Source: Saprospiraceae bacterium (GTDB lineage Bacteria > Bacteroidota > Bacteroidia > Chitinophagales > Saprospiraceae). Taken from it: a DNA stretch of 64,000 nucleotides. Positions 48,025 through 58,302 of this stretch are shown here, piece by piece. The notes under the pieces are model-generated. The model worked only from the letters and a program-made list of their open reading frames with translations, did not search any database and had not been told where the DNA came from. Every line of letters begins with the position of its first letter. The first letter of the stretch is position 1. The stretch covers positions 2,610,351 to 2,674,350 of the forward strand of contig OZ244043.1 of assembly GCA_965215215.1 (NCBI GenBank). Direction: 5' to 3'. The translations under genes were made by a program, and so were the position numbers.

Positions 48025-50031
48025 CTACGCCTCGGGCACGTTCGCCCGTAACTCGGCGAGCCAAACTTCCGCCCCCGCGTCACTCGGCGCGCGCCAGTCG
48101 CCGCGCGGACTCAGGCTTCCCCCCGAACCGACCTTCGGTCCGTTCGGCACCGCCGAGCGCTTGAACTGACTGATCCGGAAGAACCGCCAGCAGAACACCT
48201 CGAGCCACTTGCGGATCGTGGCCAGGTCGTACTTCTCGCCCCAAGCGTGCAGGCTCAAATAAGCCACCTTACTCGGCCGCGAGCCGTAGCGCGTCGTGTA
48301 GAACGTATTGAAGTCCTGCAGCTCGTAGGGGCCTATCTTCTCCTCGGTCCGCTGCGCGGGCTGTCCGCTTTCGCTAAAACCGGGGACCAATTCCGGGGAG
48401 ATCTCGGTGGCCACGATATCTCGGAGCGTCGCGCTCGCTCCCTCGCCGAACTCGCCGGTATCGGCCACCCAGCGGATGAGGTGCTGGATAAGCGTTTTGG
48501 GCACGGAGGCATTAACGTTGTAGTGGCTCATGTGGTCGCCCACCCCGTAGGTCGCCCAGCCGAGGGCGAGCTCGGAGAGATCGCCCGTACCGAGCACCAT
48601 AGCGCCGTGGTGGTTGGCGAGTCGAAACAAGTGACTCGTCCGTTCGCCCGCCTGCACGTTCTCGAAGGTGACGTCGTACTGCTCTGTGCCGGTGGAGTAG
48701 GGGTGGCCGATGTCGCGCAGCATCTGCTCGCTCGAGGGGCGGATGTCGATCTCGGAGGCGCTCACCCCGAGGGCGTGCATCAACCTCCAGGCGTTGGATT
48801 TGGTGCCTTCGCTCGTGGCGAAGCCGGGCATCGTGTAGGCGAGCACGTTGGTGCGCGGCAGCCCTAGCCGATCCATGGTTTTCGCGGCGACGATGAGGGC
48901 CTGCGTGCTGTCGAGCCCGCCGGAGACCCCGATCACGAGCTTGTGGATCCCGGTCGCCGAGAGGCGTTTGGCCAAACCGGCCACCTGGATGTTGTAGGCC
49001 TCGTAGCAGCGTTCGTGGCGCCGGGCGGGGTCGCTCGGTACGTAGGGGAACCGCTCCACGTGTCGGGCGAGCGCGACGGGTTTTAGCGGCAGCGGGAGGG
49101 AGAGGGAGACCCGCCGAATCTTTCCAACCCGCCCGCGGTGTGCCCCCGCGGTGTCGTTGAAGCTGGTGAGGCGCATGCGCTCCTGCGCGAGGCGTTCGAG
49201 GTCGATGTCGCCGAAGATGAGCTGCTCTTCCGACGAAAACCGCTCGCTCTCGGCGAGCAGCTCGCCGTTCTCGTACACCATCGCGTGGCCGTCCCAAGCG
49301 AGGTCGGTGGTGGATTCGCCCGCTCCGGCGGCGGCGTAGCAGTAGGCGGCGAGGCACTTCGCGCTCTGTTGGGCGCAGAGGGCGCGGCGGTATTCGGCCT
49401 TGCCGACGGTGATGTTGGAGGCCGAGAGGTTGAGCAGCACCGTGGCCCCGCCGAGGGCGGCGTAGGTACTGGGGGGGATGGGCGTCCAGACGTCCTCGCA
49501 GATCTCGAGGTGGAAGGTGAAGTCGGGGATTTCGCGCAGGACGTACACGACGTCGTTGCCGAAGGGTACCGTCTCGCCGAGGAGTTCTACTTCCGTAAAA
49601 ACGGCGTCCCGCCCGCTGGTGAACTGTCGCTTCTCGTAGAATTCGCGGTAGTTGGGTAGGTAGGTCTTCGGCGTTACGCCGCGCACCCTACCCTGGGCGA
49701 CGACGACGCCGCAGTTGTAGAGGGCGCCGCGGAACCGCAGGGGGAGGCCGACGACGAGGGCGCAGCTCAGCGCGTGGCTGGCCTCGACGACCGCCCGCAG
49801 CGCCGCCAGCGCCGCATCGAGCAGGGCGTCCTGGTGAAAGAGGTCTTCGTTGGTGTAGGCCGAGAGCCCGAGCTCCGGGAAAAGGGCGAGCACCGCGCCC
49901 CGCTCGGAAGCCTCGCGAGCGAGACCTAGAGTTTGATCGACATTGAAGCTCGGATCGGCGACGCGCACGTGCGGGACCCCGACGGCGACGCGGGCGAAGC
50001 CGTGGGTGTATAAGGAGTGGAAGTTGGCCAT
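48025..50031 (-). CDS. nadE: glutamine-dependent NAD+ synthetase (long form)
   Basis: An N-terminal CN-hydrolase (nitrilase-like) domain and a C-terminal NAD synthetase domain with GVSGGLDST. Length is 668 aa. Confidence 0.9.
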   Translation of the reverse strand: MANFHSLYTHGFARVAVGVPHVRVADPSFNVDQTLGLAREASERGAVLALFPELGLSAYTNEDLFHQDALLDAALAALRAVVEASHALSCALVVGLPLRFRGALYNCGVVVAQGRVRGVTPKTYLPNYREFYEKRQFTSGRDAVFTEVELLGETVPFGNDVVYVLREIPDFTFHLEICEDVWTPIPPSTYAALGGATVLLNLSASNITVGKAEYRRALCAQQSAKCLAAYCYAAAGAGESTTDLAWDGHAMVYENGELLAESERFSSEEQLIFGDIDLERLAQERMRLTSFNDTAGAHRGRVGKIRRVSLSLPLPLKPVALARHVERFPYVPSDPARRHERCYEAYNIQVAGLAKRLSATGIHKLVIGVSGGLDSTQALIVAAKTMDRLGLPRTNVLAYTMPGFATSEGTKSNAWRLMHALGVSASEIDIRPSSEQMLRDIGHPYSTGTEQYDVTFENVQAGERTSHLFRLANHHGAMVLGTGDLSELALGWATYGVGDHMSHYNVNASVPKTLIQHLIRWVADTGEFGEGASATLRDIVATEISPELVPGFSESGQPAQRTEEKIGPYELQDFNTFYTTRYGSRPSKVAYLSLHAWGEKYDLATIRKWLEVFCWRFFRISQFKRSAVPNGPKVGSGGSLSPRGDWRAPSDAGAEVWLAELRANVPEA
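48366..48380 (-). repeat. dispersed word, exact 15-mer (CGCTTTCGCTAAAAC)
   Basis: Inside nadE (GFSESG). Confidence 0.9.
49080..49094 (+). repeat. dispersed word GTTTTAGCGGCAGCG
   Basis: Inside nadE (LPLKP). Confidence 0.75.
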
Positions 50032-50085
50032 ACTTGCTTGCCGGGAAGGTAAGCGCGGCGATCCCCCGGTACGGGGGGGGGAAGC

Positions 50086-51855
50086 CTACTGCCTCAGGAA
50101 GCGCCCGACAACCGTATCGACCGGTCCTCGCCCCTCGAGGACGTAGCTCCCTGCCGGAAAATGGCTCACGGTGAAAACGAGTCTCTCGCCGGAGTTACCG
50201 CTGGCCTCAACGGGAGTGCGGCGGCCGCTCACGTCGGTCACCGACCACGATCGCGCTGCAAATCCGCCACCGGCCAGGCTCACTGTAACCTCGTCGCCCA
50301 CCGGATTTGGCGAAAGCGAGAGCTGAGCGAGTGAGCGCTTACGCGGTGTCGGGTCGGAGATGGAGGAGACCCGGTCGGTCCCTAACGTGTAATCCGAAGT
50401 GGGCCAGAAGCCCACGTGGAGGATGGAGGTGAAGGTCTCGAGCTCCCTGTCCTCCGTGAAGAGCTCCACGGTATCTCCTACGGGTAGGGTAGTGGTGGTA
50501 TAGAAGAGTTGCGGACGCTGACTGGCACGCAACTCTTCCTCCTCGACGAAACCGAAGGTCAACCCTACCGAATCGTCGACTAGGGCACCGTCGTAATCGA
50601 AGCGGAGGCGGTGGGCGAAACGACCTAAACCACTGGGTGGGTCCGGTGTAAGGCTGTACTCAGTAAGGCCGGTGGCCCCCGGCGTGAAGGGGCGGGGCTG
50701 GTAAAATTCGGCGGGCGTAGCGGCGGTGATCACGAAGGATGCTGCGTTCGCGTACCGAGGGGCTTCGAGGGAGTAGATGGGTGGGTACGGGACGTTGGTC
50801 TCGTAGAAATCATCCGGCGAAAACAGAGCCGTCGCCGCGTAACGGCCGTCGGGGAGGATCTGAAGCGAGGTAATCCGGTTGGTGGCCCCTTGGTACCACG
50901 GGTAGGCTTCGGCGAGGGTATCGCCTTCGGAGAAAACGAAGAGCGAGTCCGGGTCCCCCTCCTCTCCGTAAGTACCGCCCGTTACGACGATCGTTCCGTC
51001 GGCCGCGACTTGCGGGGCACCGCCCGCGCTGAGTAAGTTGGTGGGCATCCGGTAGGTAGCTGTCCCCGTGTCCCTCGTCACGGTGTAGCCCGGGAAGGCT
51101 GGGGCGGTGACACCGAAGGCGTAAAATGCTTCGCCGGTCACCGTTTGGGTACTTACTCCTTCGATATAGCTAGCGGACTCGACCTCCCCGGTTAAAAGGT
51201 CGATGAGTGTGTAGCCTCCTGTAGACATAAGGACTGCCTTATCCCCGAATACTCCAAACGTGATGCTCTCCGATGAAGCGTAACCGAAGGGCCTATTGTA
51301 GGTAAACGTCCTACCGTCGTCCAGCGCTCGGGCCGCCATGTCGTAGGTGTAGATGACTAATTCGCCCGGATTTGCGTCGTCCGTAGCGTACGGGAGATCA
51401 TAGACGACAACGTAAAGCTTGGATCCGTCTGCCGAGAAAGCGAGGCGGGCATTGAGTAGTTGGTTTCGGGCGCTCTCCACGAGTTCCGTCTCGGCGGTGT
51501 CGCTTCCGGTCAGTCCGCGCAAATAGAGCCGGAAGAACCCTGGAGGAGCATCAGCGATCCCCGGTTCCCCGTAGACCCCGTAGAGATCGCCATTCGGCGC
51601 GTAGGCCACGTCGTCGACGAGCTCGCTGGAGGTCAACAGCGGCTTCTGCGTTCCGAGGTCGCCGTCACCCTGGTCGCGGTAAACAGCGAGATCGTTGACC
51701 GTGAGCACGGCCCGCTGCTCGGCGTCCACCGGATTGAAGATTACCTTCTGGAGGTAGCACGGTATGCAGGCTTGCGAAGTGGCCGAAGTCTGCGCTCGGA
51801 GCGTCGCCGCAAGCCAGAGAACGGAGAGGAGGGTGAGGGTTATGGGGCGTAGCAT
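50086..51855 (-). CDS. secreted hypothetical protein with T9SS C-terminal domain
   Basis: Signal peptide MLRPITLTLLSVLWLAATLRAQ. The C-terminal LSLSPNPVGDEVTV...GSYVLE is a CTD. Confidence 0.6.
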   Translation of the reverse strand: MLRPITLTLLSVLWLAATLRAQTSATSQACIPCYLQKVIFNPVDAEQRAVLTVNDLAVYRDQGDGDLGTQKPLLTSSELVDDVAYAPNGDLYGVYGEPGIADAPPGFFRLYLRGLTGSDTAETELVESARNQLLNARLAFSADGSKLYVVVYDLPYATDDANPGELVIYTYDMAARALDDGRTFTYNRPFGYASSESITFGVFGDKAVLMSTGGYTLIDLLTGEVESASYIEGVSTQTVTGEAFYAFGVTAPAFPGYTVTRDTGTATYRMPTNLLSAGGAPQVAADGTIVVTGGTYGEEGDPDSLFVFSEGDTLAEAYPWYQGATNRITSLQILPDGRYAATALFSPDDFYETNVPYPPIYSLEAPRYANAASFVITAATPAEFYQPRPFTPGATGLTEYSLTPDPPSGLGRFAHRLRFDYDGALVDDSVGLTFGFVEEEELRASQRPQLFYTTTTLPVGDTVELFTEDRELETFTSILHVGFWPTSDYTLGTDRVSSISDPTPRKRSLAQLSLSPNPVGDEVTVSLAGGGFAARSWSVTDVSGRRTPVEASGNSGERLVFTVSHFPAGSYVLEGRGPVDTVVGRFLRQ

Positions 51856-52003
51856 TAATGCAAAGTAGAGAGCTTTCAGGCGTTTTTTAAGCTCTTTTTA
51901 TGTAGCTCTCAGGCTATCGGTGCCAGGGTAAAATTGCTGTTTGCAAGCGGTTGGAGTTTGCACAAAACGAAGGTCCGGTTTGGATACCGGCGGCCTAAAT
52001 CGA

Positions 52004-52018
52004 GTTTTAGCGAAAGCG
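52004..52018 (+). repeat. dispersed word, exact GTTTTAGCGAAAGCG
   Basis: Intergenic, between 51855 and 52050. Confidence 0.9.
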
Positions 52019-52049
52019 AACTGTTCCCCCGCCTAGCCTCTCCGGCGGC

Positions 52050-52904
52050 TTATGCTCGCAACCCCCCCGCCTCCCGCTCGATGAACGCCCCCAACCCCCC
52101 CGGCGCCAGTCCTGTGAGGTAGGTATAATCCGCACTAATCCGCAACGGAGCCTGAAACCTCGTCGTCCAGTGGATGAGCGTTTTCGCGAGCGCGAATCCC
52201 GGCGCCTCTCCGCGGCGGATCTCACCGATGGCGTAGGTGATCGGGTTCGGACTTCGGTAGCGGATACGTACGGCGAGTTTTTGCGAAAGCGACCCGGCCA
52301 CCTCCTGAAAGTCGAGCAGTTGCGTGCCGGTGATCGTGTAGGCGCGTCCGGCGTGCCTGCCGGGATCCGAGAGTACAGCGGCTACGGCGCGACCGATGTC
52401 TTCGGTGTCTACCCAGAGGAACTTTGCCCTCCCGGCCGGTACCCGGAGGAGGTGACGCTCGCGGATGTCGTCGGCGAAAACTTCCGTGAGGTTTTGCATG
52501 AAGTAGCTCGGCCGCAGGAAGGTGAAGGGGACGCCCGAGGCGCGGATGACCCGCTCGACGTGGGCGTGCGGTAGGTAAGAAGCCGACTCGGCACCTTCGA
52601 CGGACATAAAAATTACGTGCCGGACGCCTTCCCCCCGCGCTACCCGCAGGAGCTGGGTGTAGCGCTCGGTCACGGCTGACAGCCCGGGCGGAAGCAGGAG
52701 GAACGCCGTGTCCGCCCGTCGGAACGCGGCGCGGGATTCCAGCGGGTCCTCGTAATCGAAGAACGGGTGCGCGGCGTCGACCTCGCTGCGGTGGCGCGTA
52801 CCGAGCAGGAGCTGCGCCTCCGGCAGCGTGTCGGCGAGGGCCCGAGCGGCCGCACCACCGACGGTCCCGCTGCTACCGGTGATGAGGGGGTGAGTAGCCT
52901 TCAT
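52050..52904 (-). CDS. NmrA-like / atypical SDR NAD(P)-binding protein
   Basis: From MKATHPLITGSSGTVGGAAARAL (Rossmann motif). The 34-aa N-extension in the track is rejected. Confidence 0.75.
   Translation of the reverse strand: MKATHPLITGSSGTVGGAAARALADTLPEAQLLLGTRHRSEVDAAHPFFDYEDPLESRAAFRRADTAFLLLPPGLSAVTERYTQLLRVARGEGVRHVIFMSVEGAESASYLPHAHVERVIRASGVPFTFLRPSYFMQNLTEVFADDIRERHLLRVPAGRAKFLWVDTEDIGRAVAAVLSDPGRHAGRAYTITGTQLLDFQEVAGSLSQKLAVRIRYRSPNPITYAIGEIRRGEAPGFALAKTLIHWTTRFQAPLRISADYTYLTGLAPGGLGAFIEREAGGLRA
52277..52291 (+). repeat. dispersed word GTTTTTGCGAAAGCG
   Basis: Inside the NmrA-like gene (SLSQKL). Confidence 0.75.
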
Positions 52905-52912
52905 GGTTTCGG

Positions 52913-54076
52913 GTGAAACCGCGTTGCCGGGAGATTGTGCGGCATTACCGTATTGTGCCTCGCCGACGGGCCCGGCCGTCGATCTTGGCCGCCGTGACGA
53001 ATACACTCAGTCCCGACCTCGGCAGGTCCGCTTCCGCCGCCGGCACGCTCGGCACCCCACCCGCGCTCGTACGCCTCACTGCGCTCTGGGCCCTCGTAGA
53101 ATCGGCGCTCGGTGGCCTCATGCACGCCTTCCACATCCCGCTCGCGGGCATCTGGATGGGGAGCGTGGCGGCGGTACTCATCCTGCTCATCGCCTACTTC
53201 GCCGCGCGGCCGCGCGACATCCTGCAAGCCACTCTACTCGTGCTCATCGTCAAGGCGGTCGGCAGTCCGCACACCTCGCTCGGCGGGTACACGGCCGTGG
53301 CGTTTCAGGGGCTGTGGGGCTTCGCGGTGTTCGGGTTCCTCGGGCGCTCCCTGCCGGCCTGCCTGTTGTACTCCACGGTCGCGCTACTCGAGTCGGCCGT
53401 GCAGCGCCTGCTCATGCTCGCGCTGCTCTACGGTCGCCCGCTCGCCGAGGCCATCGACGAGTGGGGGGAGTTCGTGCGGCGGTGGGCGTTCCCGGAGCGT
53501 TTTGCGGAAGCACTCTCGCTGTCGGGGCTGCTCATCGGCGTTTACCTCACGGCGTACACGGTGGCGGGTCTGCTGCTCGGCTACTTCCTTTACCGCCTGC
53601 CCGTTTTGCTCGAGCGAGAACGAGTGGCGATGGCGGAGGAAACGCCGGCTCGGCTTGCGCCAAAACAGCAGGCATCCGCTGTCGCTAAAACACCCCGCGC
53701 GGCCTGGCGGCGCTACCTGCCGCTGGTCGCGCTCGCGGTACTCGTCGCGGTACTGAGTTACGCGGACAGTAGCTCGCCCCTGGTGTCGGGCGGTATGTAC
53801 CTCGCGCGCACGGCGCTGATCTTGGCGGTTTGGTACGGCGTGTTGGGGCCGCTGCTCGCGCGTTTCGTGCGGCAATATTTGCTGCGCAAGCAAGGCGAGC
53901 GCGCCGGGGAGCTGCGGGAGGTGATGGATTGGTTGCCGCAGTTGCGGGGGCTGGCGAGCGGACAGTACGCCCAGCTCGCGACACGCTACAGCGGACTCGA
54001 GCTGTACCGGCGCTGGTTGCTGCGGACCTTGGTGGTGGCGTTGGGGGCTGCGTCTCTGTCGCCTCAGCGTACGTAG
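52913..54076 (+). CDS. polytopic membrane protein, unknown family
   Basis: Several hydrophobic helices (LTALWALVESALGG, VAAVLILLIAYF, LLVLIVKAV ...). The start is uncertain. Confidence 0.45.
   Translation: MKPRCREIVRHYRIVPRRRARPSILAAVTNTLSPDLGRSASAAGTLGTPPALVRLTALWALVESALGGLMHAFHIPLAGIWMGSVAAVLILLIAYFAARPRDILQATLLVLIVKAVGSPHTSLGGYTAVAFQGLWGFAVFGFLGRSLPACLLYSTVALLESAVQRLLMLALLYGRPLAEAIDEWGEFVRRWAFPERFAEALSLSGLLIGVYLTAYTVAGLLLGYFLYRLPVLLERERVAMAEETPARLAPKQQASAVAKTPRAAWRRYLPLVALAVLVAVLSYADSSSPLVSGGMYLARTALILAVWYGVLGPLLARFVRQYLLRKQGERAGELREVMDWLPQLRGLASGQYAQLATRYSGLELYRRWLLRTLVVALGAASLSPQRT
53499..53511 (+). repeat. dispersed word, short variant GTTTTGCGGAAGC
   Basis: Inside the membrane-protein gene (RFAEA). 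Confidence 0.7.
53653..53666 (-). repeat. dispersed word (GCTTGCGCCAAAAC)
   Basis: Inside the membrane-protein gene (RLAPKQ). Confidence 0.85.
53678..53691 (-). repeat. dispersed word (GCTGTCGCTAAAAC)
   Basis: Its start lies 25 nt downstream of the start of the previous copy, in the same orientation (AVAKT). Confidence 0.7.
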
Positions 54077-54313
54077 TAATTGCTAATTCCATTGCCGCCG
54101 GTAGCACCGTCCAACTTCGAGGCTAATTGCTAGTGAAAGCTCACAGCCGTACCGGCGCAGCACGTAAGCTCGTCGTTCGCGAAGCGGTACGCTCGATAAC
54201 ATACGTGAACCAAAGGGCCGTCTCGAAGGAGATAGCCCTTCGTAGTTGATGAGGCTGTATTCAAACCGGTCGAGCGAGCAGCTCTAGCCCGACCGATGTT
54301 TTGCCCCGAGCAA

Positions 54314-54889
54314 TCACTTTTCGAAAACTTGCGCGCCGGAGACGGCGACGCCCGGCAGACTGAGCGACTCGATCCGGGGGTCGTCCTCAAAGCGAGGCTC
54401 TTGCCGTACGTACACCTCTTCTACCAGCAGATAGCGCTCGATGGAGACGTGGAGTGGATCTACCACCCAGTATTCCGTGACGCCGGCTTCTTGGTACAGG
54501 GCAAACTTGTCGTGCATCTCGCGCTTGGAATTGCCTGGACTCAAGATCTCGATTACCCAATCCGGGGCGCCTTCGCAACCCTGGTCGGTCAGTTTCGACT
54601 CGTCACAAATCACGCACAGATCGGGCTGGACCACGGATTCATGTCCGCTCGTCCTGGCGAGTCGTACGTCGAATGGGGCAAAGAAGAGCCTGCACGGACG
54701 TTCGATTTGGCCTCTTACTCCAGCAAATAAATTCCCCGCCACCGTCTGGTGAAACCGGCTAGGTGCCGGATTCATTTTGGCCACCCAACCGCGCAACAGC
54801 TCCACGCGCTCGTCGAACTTCCAGGTGAGGTAGTCGGCGTAGGTGTACTGCCGCGAGAGGTCGAGGTCCTCGAATCGGGTAACGGACAT
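54314..54889 (-). CDS. Uma2-family (DUF820) restriction-endonuclease-fold protein
   Basis: YTYADYLTW...ELLRG, PDLCVI and DWVIEILSPGN...K form the PD-(D/E)xK-like core typical of Uma2. Confidence 0.8.
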   Translation of the reverse strand: MSVTRFEDLDLSRQYTYADYLTWKFDERVELLRGWVAKMNPAPSRFHQTVAGNLFAGVRGQIERPCRLFFAPFDVRLARTSGHESVVQPDLCVICDESKLTDQGCEGAPDWVIEILSPGNSKREMHDKFALYQEAGVTEYWVVDPLHVSIERYLLVEEVYVRQEPRFEDDPRIESLSLPGVAVSGAQVFEK

Positions 54890-54972
54890 GGTTTCAAAGG
54901 TAAGACGGGTACCGAGGCACTCTCCGGCGGAGTAGAGATTCCACCTTCTGCCAGCAGAAGCGTTGTCCCAGC

Positions 54973-55488
54973 GTGCCCGCCGCTTTACCTCCGCTACTCA
55001 CCTTTCGCTCCACGCTGCAACGCTTCCCCGGAGTCGGCGCGCCGCACCACTTCGCCGTCCCGGCTGATGTCGCCGAGGCGCTCGGCGGCAAGCAGGGCAT
55101 CCGCCTCGCGGTTACGGTCGATGCCAAATTCACCGACTACCTCGGACTGCGGCGGCGCAACGGGGTCTTCTTCGTGAGCGCGGGCGTCGCCATGCGCAAG
55201 CGCTGCCGCCTCGTACTCGGGGCGGAGGCAACGCTCTCGCTCACGCCCGACGACTCCCGCCACGGGATCCCCCTGCCCCGCGTGCTCGCCACCGTCCTCA
55301 GGCACGACCCCGCCGCCCGCCGGGCCTTCGAGAGGCTGCCCGTGGGTGCGCGCCGGACCTTGATCACGCAGGTCCGCAAAGCAGCCACCCGGGAGGGCCG
55401 CGAGCGCAAGGCACTCAGCGTCGCCGACGAGCTCGCCGGCCGGCCCGCGGGGAGCAGCCGGGTGGAGTGGCGGGGCGGGGTGGGGTAA
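54973..55488 (+). CDS. DUF1905 + YdeI/OmpD-associated domain protein
   Basis: FRSTLQRFPGVGAPHHFAVPADVAEALGGKQGIRLAVTVD is DUF1905-like. The C-terminal ARRAFERLPVGARRTLITQV is YdeI-like. GTG start. Confidence 0.7.
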   Translation: MPAALPPLLTFRSTLQRFPGVGAPHHFAVPADVAEALGGKQGIRLAVTVDAKFTDYLGLRRRNGVFFVSAGVAMRKRCRLVLGAEATLSLTPDDSRHGIPLPRVLATVLRHDPAARRAFERLPVGARRTLITQVRKAATREGRERKALSVADELAGRPAGSSRVEWRGGVG

Positions 55489-55544
55489 TCCCGACTTGCG
55501 ATCCCGGTCCCGCCCGCTGTTCTTCGCAGCTCAATTCAGCACGT

Positions 55545-56696
55545 ATGCTTACCCTCGCCCGCCGCACGACGCTCGAGTTGTGCCTCGTCCTCGCCCCGGC
55601 GCTCGCTGCACTGACGACAATCGCGCAGTCCTCCGAAAGCGTGATCAGCTACGCCGACCGACCCGACCTCGCTCCCGACTTCTTCCTCGCCAGTATGCCG
55701 GCCGATTCGCTTCCGACTTTTCAGCCCCAACTCCAGTACGGGACCGGGCTCGGCTCCGACAAACGAAGTCAGTTCGGCATTCCGGCCTGGGAGGCGCGGG
55801 CCATCGCTTTCCCCCGTGTCAATTATACCGGAGCGAAAGGGCGCGACAGTACCGAGGCCATGGCCTACTTCGAAGCCATGTGGCAGATCGCGGGCTACCA
55901 CGGGCTGCTGCTCAAATCTCGACTCCGTAGGGAGGTGGGCGCGCAGGGTTTGTTCGCCGCGATCGGGAATGCCTACCAGGCGGAAGCAATCCAGTCGGCC
56001 GTAATGGCCGAGTGGAACGCTGCCAACAAGAGTTTTTCCAAGCAGGCTGACTACGGACAGGATTACATGCGCTCCCTCGCCTTCGCGGATGAGTACCGCC
56101 GGGCGGCGGATACGGTGACGTTCCCGAGCGTGGTACTCCGACCGAACGGCATGGAGGTGCATTTCCTGCTCGGTCCGACCTTCCCGCTCGGTGAGCTCAC
56201 CGACGGACTCGACGCCGGCTTCGGGATGGACTTGGGGATCGGCTACACCTACGATCGCTGGTTGGCCCTGCTGTTGGGATCCGTGAGTCAAACGCCGGTG
56301 TCGGGCGCCGCCTCCGAGCGCGAGCCCGGCATTACAAACGGACGGTCGCAGTGGAACAACGTCGGTCTCGATCTAGGCTACCGTTGGCTGCGCACCCCCT
56401 CCTGGGAGGCTACCGCGCGTTTGCGCACCCTCAGCGCCACGCTCCACTCCGGATCCGGCGACAACCAGGAGGATCTCCGGGAGGACTTCGCGCTAGGGCT
56501 CGCGCAGTCGCTGAGCTACAGCTTCGGCGGCGGCTACGGCGGGGAGCAGCCCGGCTCGCAACGCAGCGGACTCCAGGCAATGGCGCTCGTGGGCCTTACG
56601 CCGCAGAAGTGGCTCGGTGCGCTTCGCGGGCCCGTACTGTACGTTGGCCTCGGTTTGCAGGGGACCATATACGGGGTAGGGTACGAGAGGGAGTAG
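55545..56696 (+). CDS. hypothetical secreted / outer-membrane protein
   Basis: From MLTLARRTTLELCLVLAPALAALTTIAQS (signal peptide). The C-terminal half has alternating Gly/aromatic character. No family recognised. Confidence 0.45.
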   Translation: MLTLARRTTLELCLVLAPALAALTTIAQSSESVISYADRPDLAPDFFLASMPADSLPTFQPQLQYGTGLGSDKRSQFGIPAWEARAIAFPRVNYTGAKGRDSTEAMAYFEAMWQIAGYHGLLLKSRLRREVGAQGLFAAIGNAYQAEAIQSAVMAEWNAANKSFSKQADYGQDYMRSLAFADEYRRAADTVTFPSVVLRPNGMEVHFLLGPTFPLGELTDGLDAGFGMDLGIGYTYDRWLALLLGSVSQTPVSGAASEREPGITNGRSQWNNVGLDLGYRWLRTPSWEATARLRTLSATLHSGSGDNQEDLREDFALGLAQSLSYSFGGGYGGEQPGSQRSGLQAMALVGLTPQKWLGALRGPVLYVGLGLQGTIYGVGYERE

Positions 56697-56699
56697 GAG

Positions 56700-56713
56700 G
56701 CTTGCGCTAAAAC
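56700..56713 (-). repeat. dispersed word (GCTTGCGCTAAAAC)
   Basis: Intergenic, between convergent genes. Confidence 0.8.
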
Positions 56714-56724
56714 ACGCATGTCCA

Positions 56725-57609
56725 CTACTGCGCACACCGCGCCTCCACGTAAACCGCCCCAATGCTGAGTCCCCACTCGTCCTTGTACTTCGACCAACTC
56801 CCGTCCGTCGATTTCGTACGACCCGGATACGCCGTCGGATTACAGGGCATGTTTACAAATAGGCCTTCCCCAGGCTCGCTTACATCAACGAGCTCTATGG
56901 ATACGGCAAAGTCTCCTTCGGTCCGCACGCCCTGCTCCTGGACATCGAGCGCTAGGGTACGCCGCGCCTCCCGCCTCGTGATCGGCCACACGATCGGGGA
57001 GCGCTGAATGGGCTCGTCCGGTAGCCCCTCCGTATCGATCGTATAAAAATTCACCTCTAGGGTAGCCTCATCGGCCGTCAGGTGGTTGGACTGTACGTAC
57101 ACTTTATCGATCCGGCACCGGCGGTCGGATTCGACGACCACCGCATTCTCGGTACCGAGTTCGCCCATCTGGTGTACGGCGTAACACAGGAAGGTTTTCT
57201 TGGCGCGCTCGCCCAACCGTTGCGCTTTACCCCAGGTGTAGGCGTCCACCACCTCGGCCTCCGCTAATTCGTAGGTGGCTTTCGCCAAAACCAATTGTGG
57301 AGCGCTACGCGCTGCCCGCACGCTGAGCGAGGTATCGCGGTAGCCGATGGCACTGATGCGGAGCTCGGTCGTGGCGTGTTTTGCCGTGAGCAGAATTTCC
57401 GGAAGCTCCACCGATCCGTCGAGCGTGCCTACCGCGCCCGCGTTCGCCCGTAGCGCGTACACGTTGACGTAAGGGATGGGGCTGCCATCGATATCGACGA
57501 TGTGGATGGTGGAGGCTTGTGGTTGGGCAAACAAACTCAGGAAGGGCCAGCAGAAGAAGGGGAGTAGCAGGAAGGGCCAGCAGAAGAAGGGGAGTAGTAC
57601 GTAGCGCAT
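56725..57609 (-). CDS. carboxypeptidase-regulatory-like domain protein
   Basis: Signal peptide followed by IHIVDIDGSPIPYVNVYALRANAGAVGTLDGSVELP. Confidence 0.55.
   Translation of the reverse strand: MRYVLLPFFCWPFLLLPFFCWPFLSLFAQPQASTIHIVDIDGSPIPYVNVYALRANAGAVGTLDGSVELPEILLTAKHATTELRISAIGYRDTSLSVRAARSAPQLVLAKATYELAEAEVVDAYTWGKAQRLGERAKKTFLCYAVHQMGELGTENAVVVESDRRCRIDKVYVQSNHLTADEATLEVNFYTIDTEGLPDEPIQRSPIVWPITRREARRTLALDVQEQGVRTEGDFAVSIELVDVSEPGEGLFVNMPCNPTAYPGRTKSTDGSWSKYKDEWGLSIGAVYVEARCAQ
57278..57291 (-). repeat. dispersed word (GCTTTCGCCAAAAC)
   Basis: Inside 56725..57609 (VLAKA). The 22-nt string cgtaggtggctttcgccaaaac at 57270..57291 is identical to 60228..60249. Confidence 0.85.
57541..57600 (-). 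repeat. 30-bp tandem duplication inside the signal-peptide coding region
   Basis: The units gaagggccagcagaagaaggggagtagcag and gaagggccagcagaagaaggggagtagtac match at 28/30 positions. They encode LLPFFCWPFL twice. Confidence 0.9.
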
Positions 57610-57702
57610 TTTGGGGCGACGATTCAGCTGGGCGTAGGTTACAGGCTTTATGATTACAATCGTCTTGCGACTTCGCTAACTTTCGGCATAGCGATCCGTC
57701 AA

Positions 57703-58302
57703 CTACTTCCTCCCGAAGTGATACCTGATCCCTACGCTCGGCCGCACGGTGAGCCCAAAGCCCCGCCCCGCGTACTGCGGCCGGATCCCGAGGTCGAGCT
57801 CGAGCGGCGCTCGCTTAAGCGCGTAGCGAAAGCCGGCGACACCCTGTACGGTTAGGTTGGTCTTCGCGCCTAAAGACTCACCGTCGGACGTGCCGCCCGC
57901 GTTGCGGCTACTGTAGTTCAGGAAGCCCAGGCCTCCGCCGGCGTAAAACGTCCACTGCGGATTCTGCATCCGCCAATCGCGCTGCAGCGTCACGGTCGCC
58001 TGAAACCGCCTCGACTGCATTCGTCCGGGCAGCATACGCGGGAGATCCACAACGCTCGTGCGCCAGTACCCCGCCGTCGCCTCCGCGCTCCACCGGTCGC
58101 CGATGGGCATTCGGTAGGAGAGGTCGAGGTTCTCCAGTAGCCGATCCGCCCCGCGCGCCGTCTCGTACTTCGGGTTGAAGCGGATGCCAACGGCGTGCGT
58201 GCGGTCGACTTGCGCAACGAGGAGCAGGGGCGTTACAGCCAGGGTAGTCGCGAGGAAGAGCACGCGCCATAGCAGCGCAGGTCCGCTTGCGCTAAAACGC
58301 AT
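57703..58302 (-). CDS. small outer-membrane beta-barrel protein (OMP_b-brl-like)
   Basis: From MRFSASGPALLWRVLFLATTLAV (signal peptide). About 200 aa with alternating hydrophobic strands. The 56-aa N-extension in the track is rejected. Confidence 0.55.
   Translation of the reverse strand: MRFSASGPALLWRVLFLATTLAVTPLLLVAQVDRTHAVGIRFNPKYETARGADRLLENLDLSYRMPIGDRWSAEATAGYWRTSVVDLPRMLPGRMQSRRFQATVTLQRDWRMQNPQWTFYAGGGLGFLNYSSRNAGGTSDGESLGAKTNLTVQGVAGFRYALKRAPLELDLGIRPQYAGRGFGLTVRPSVGIRYHFGRK
58285..58298 (-). repeat. dispersed word (GCTTGCGCTAAAAC)
   Basis: Codons 2-6 of the small OMP gene (MRFSAS). Confidence 0.8.

Noticed and set aside
54077-54132. A 9-nt direct repeat, taattgcta, at 54077 and 54124 in the gap after the membrane-protein gene.
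   Set aside because: It is short, isolated and AT-rich, in an intergenic region, and is compatible with chance.
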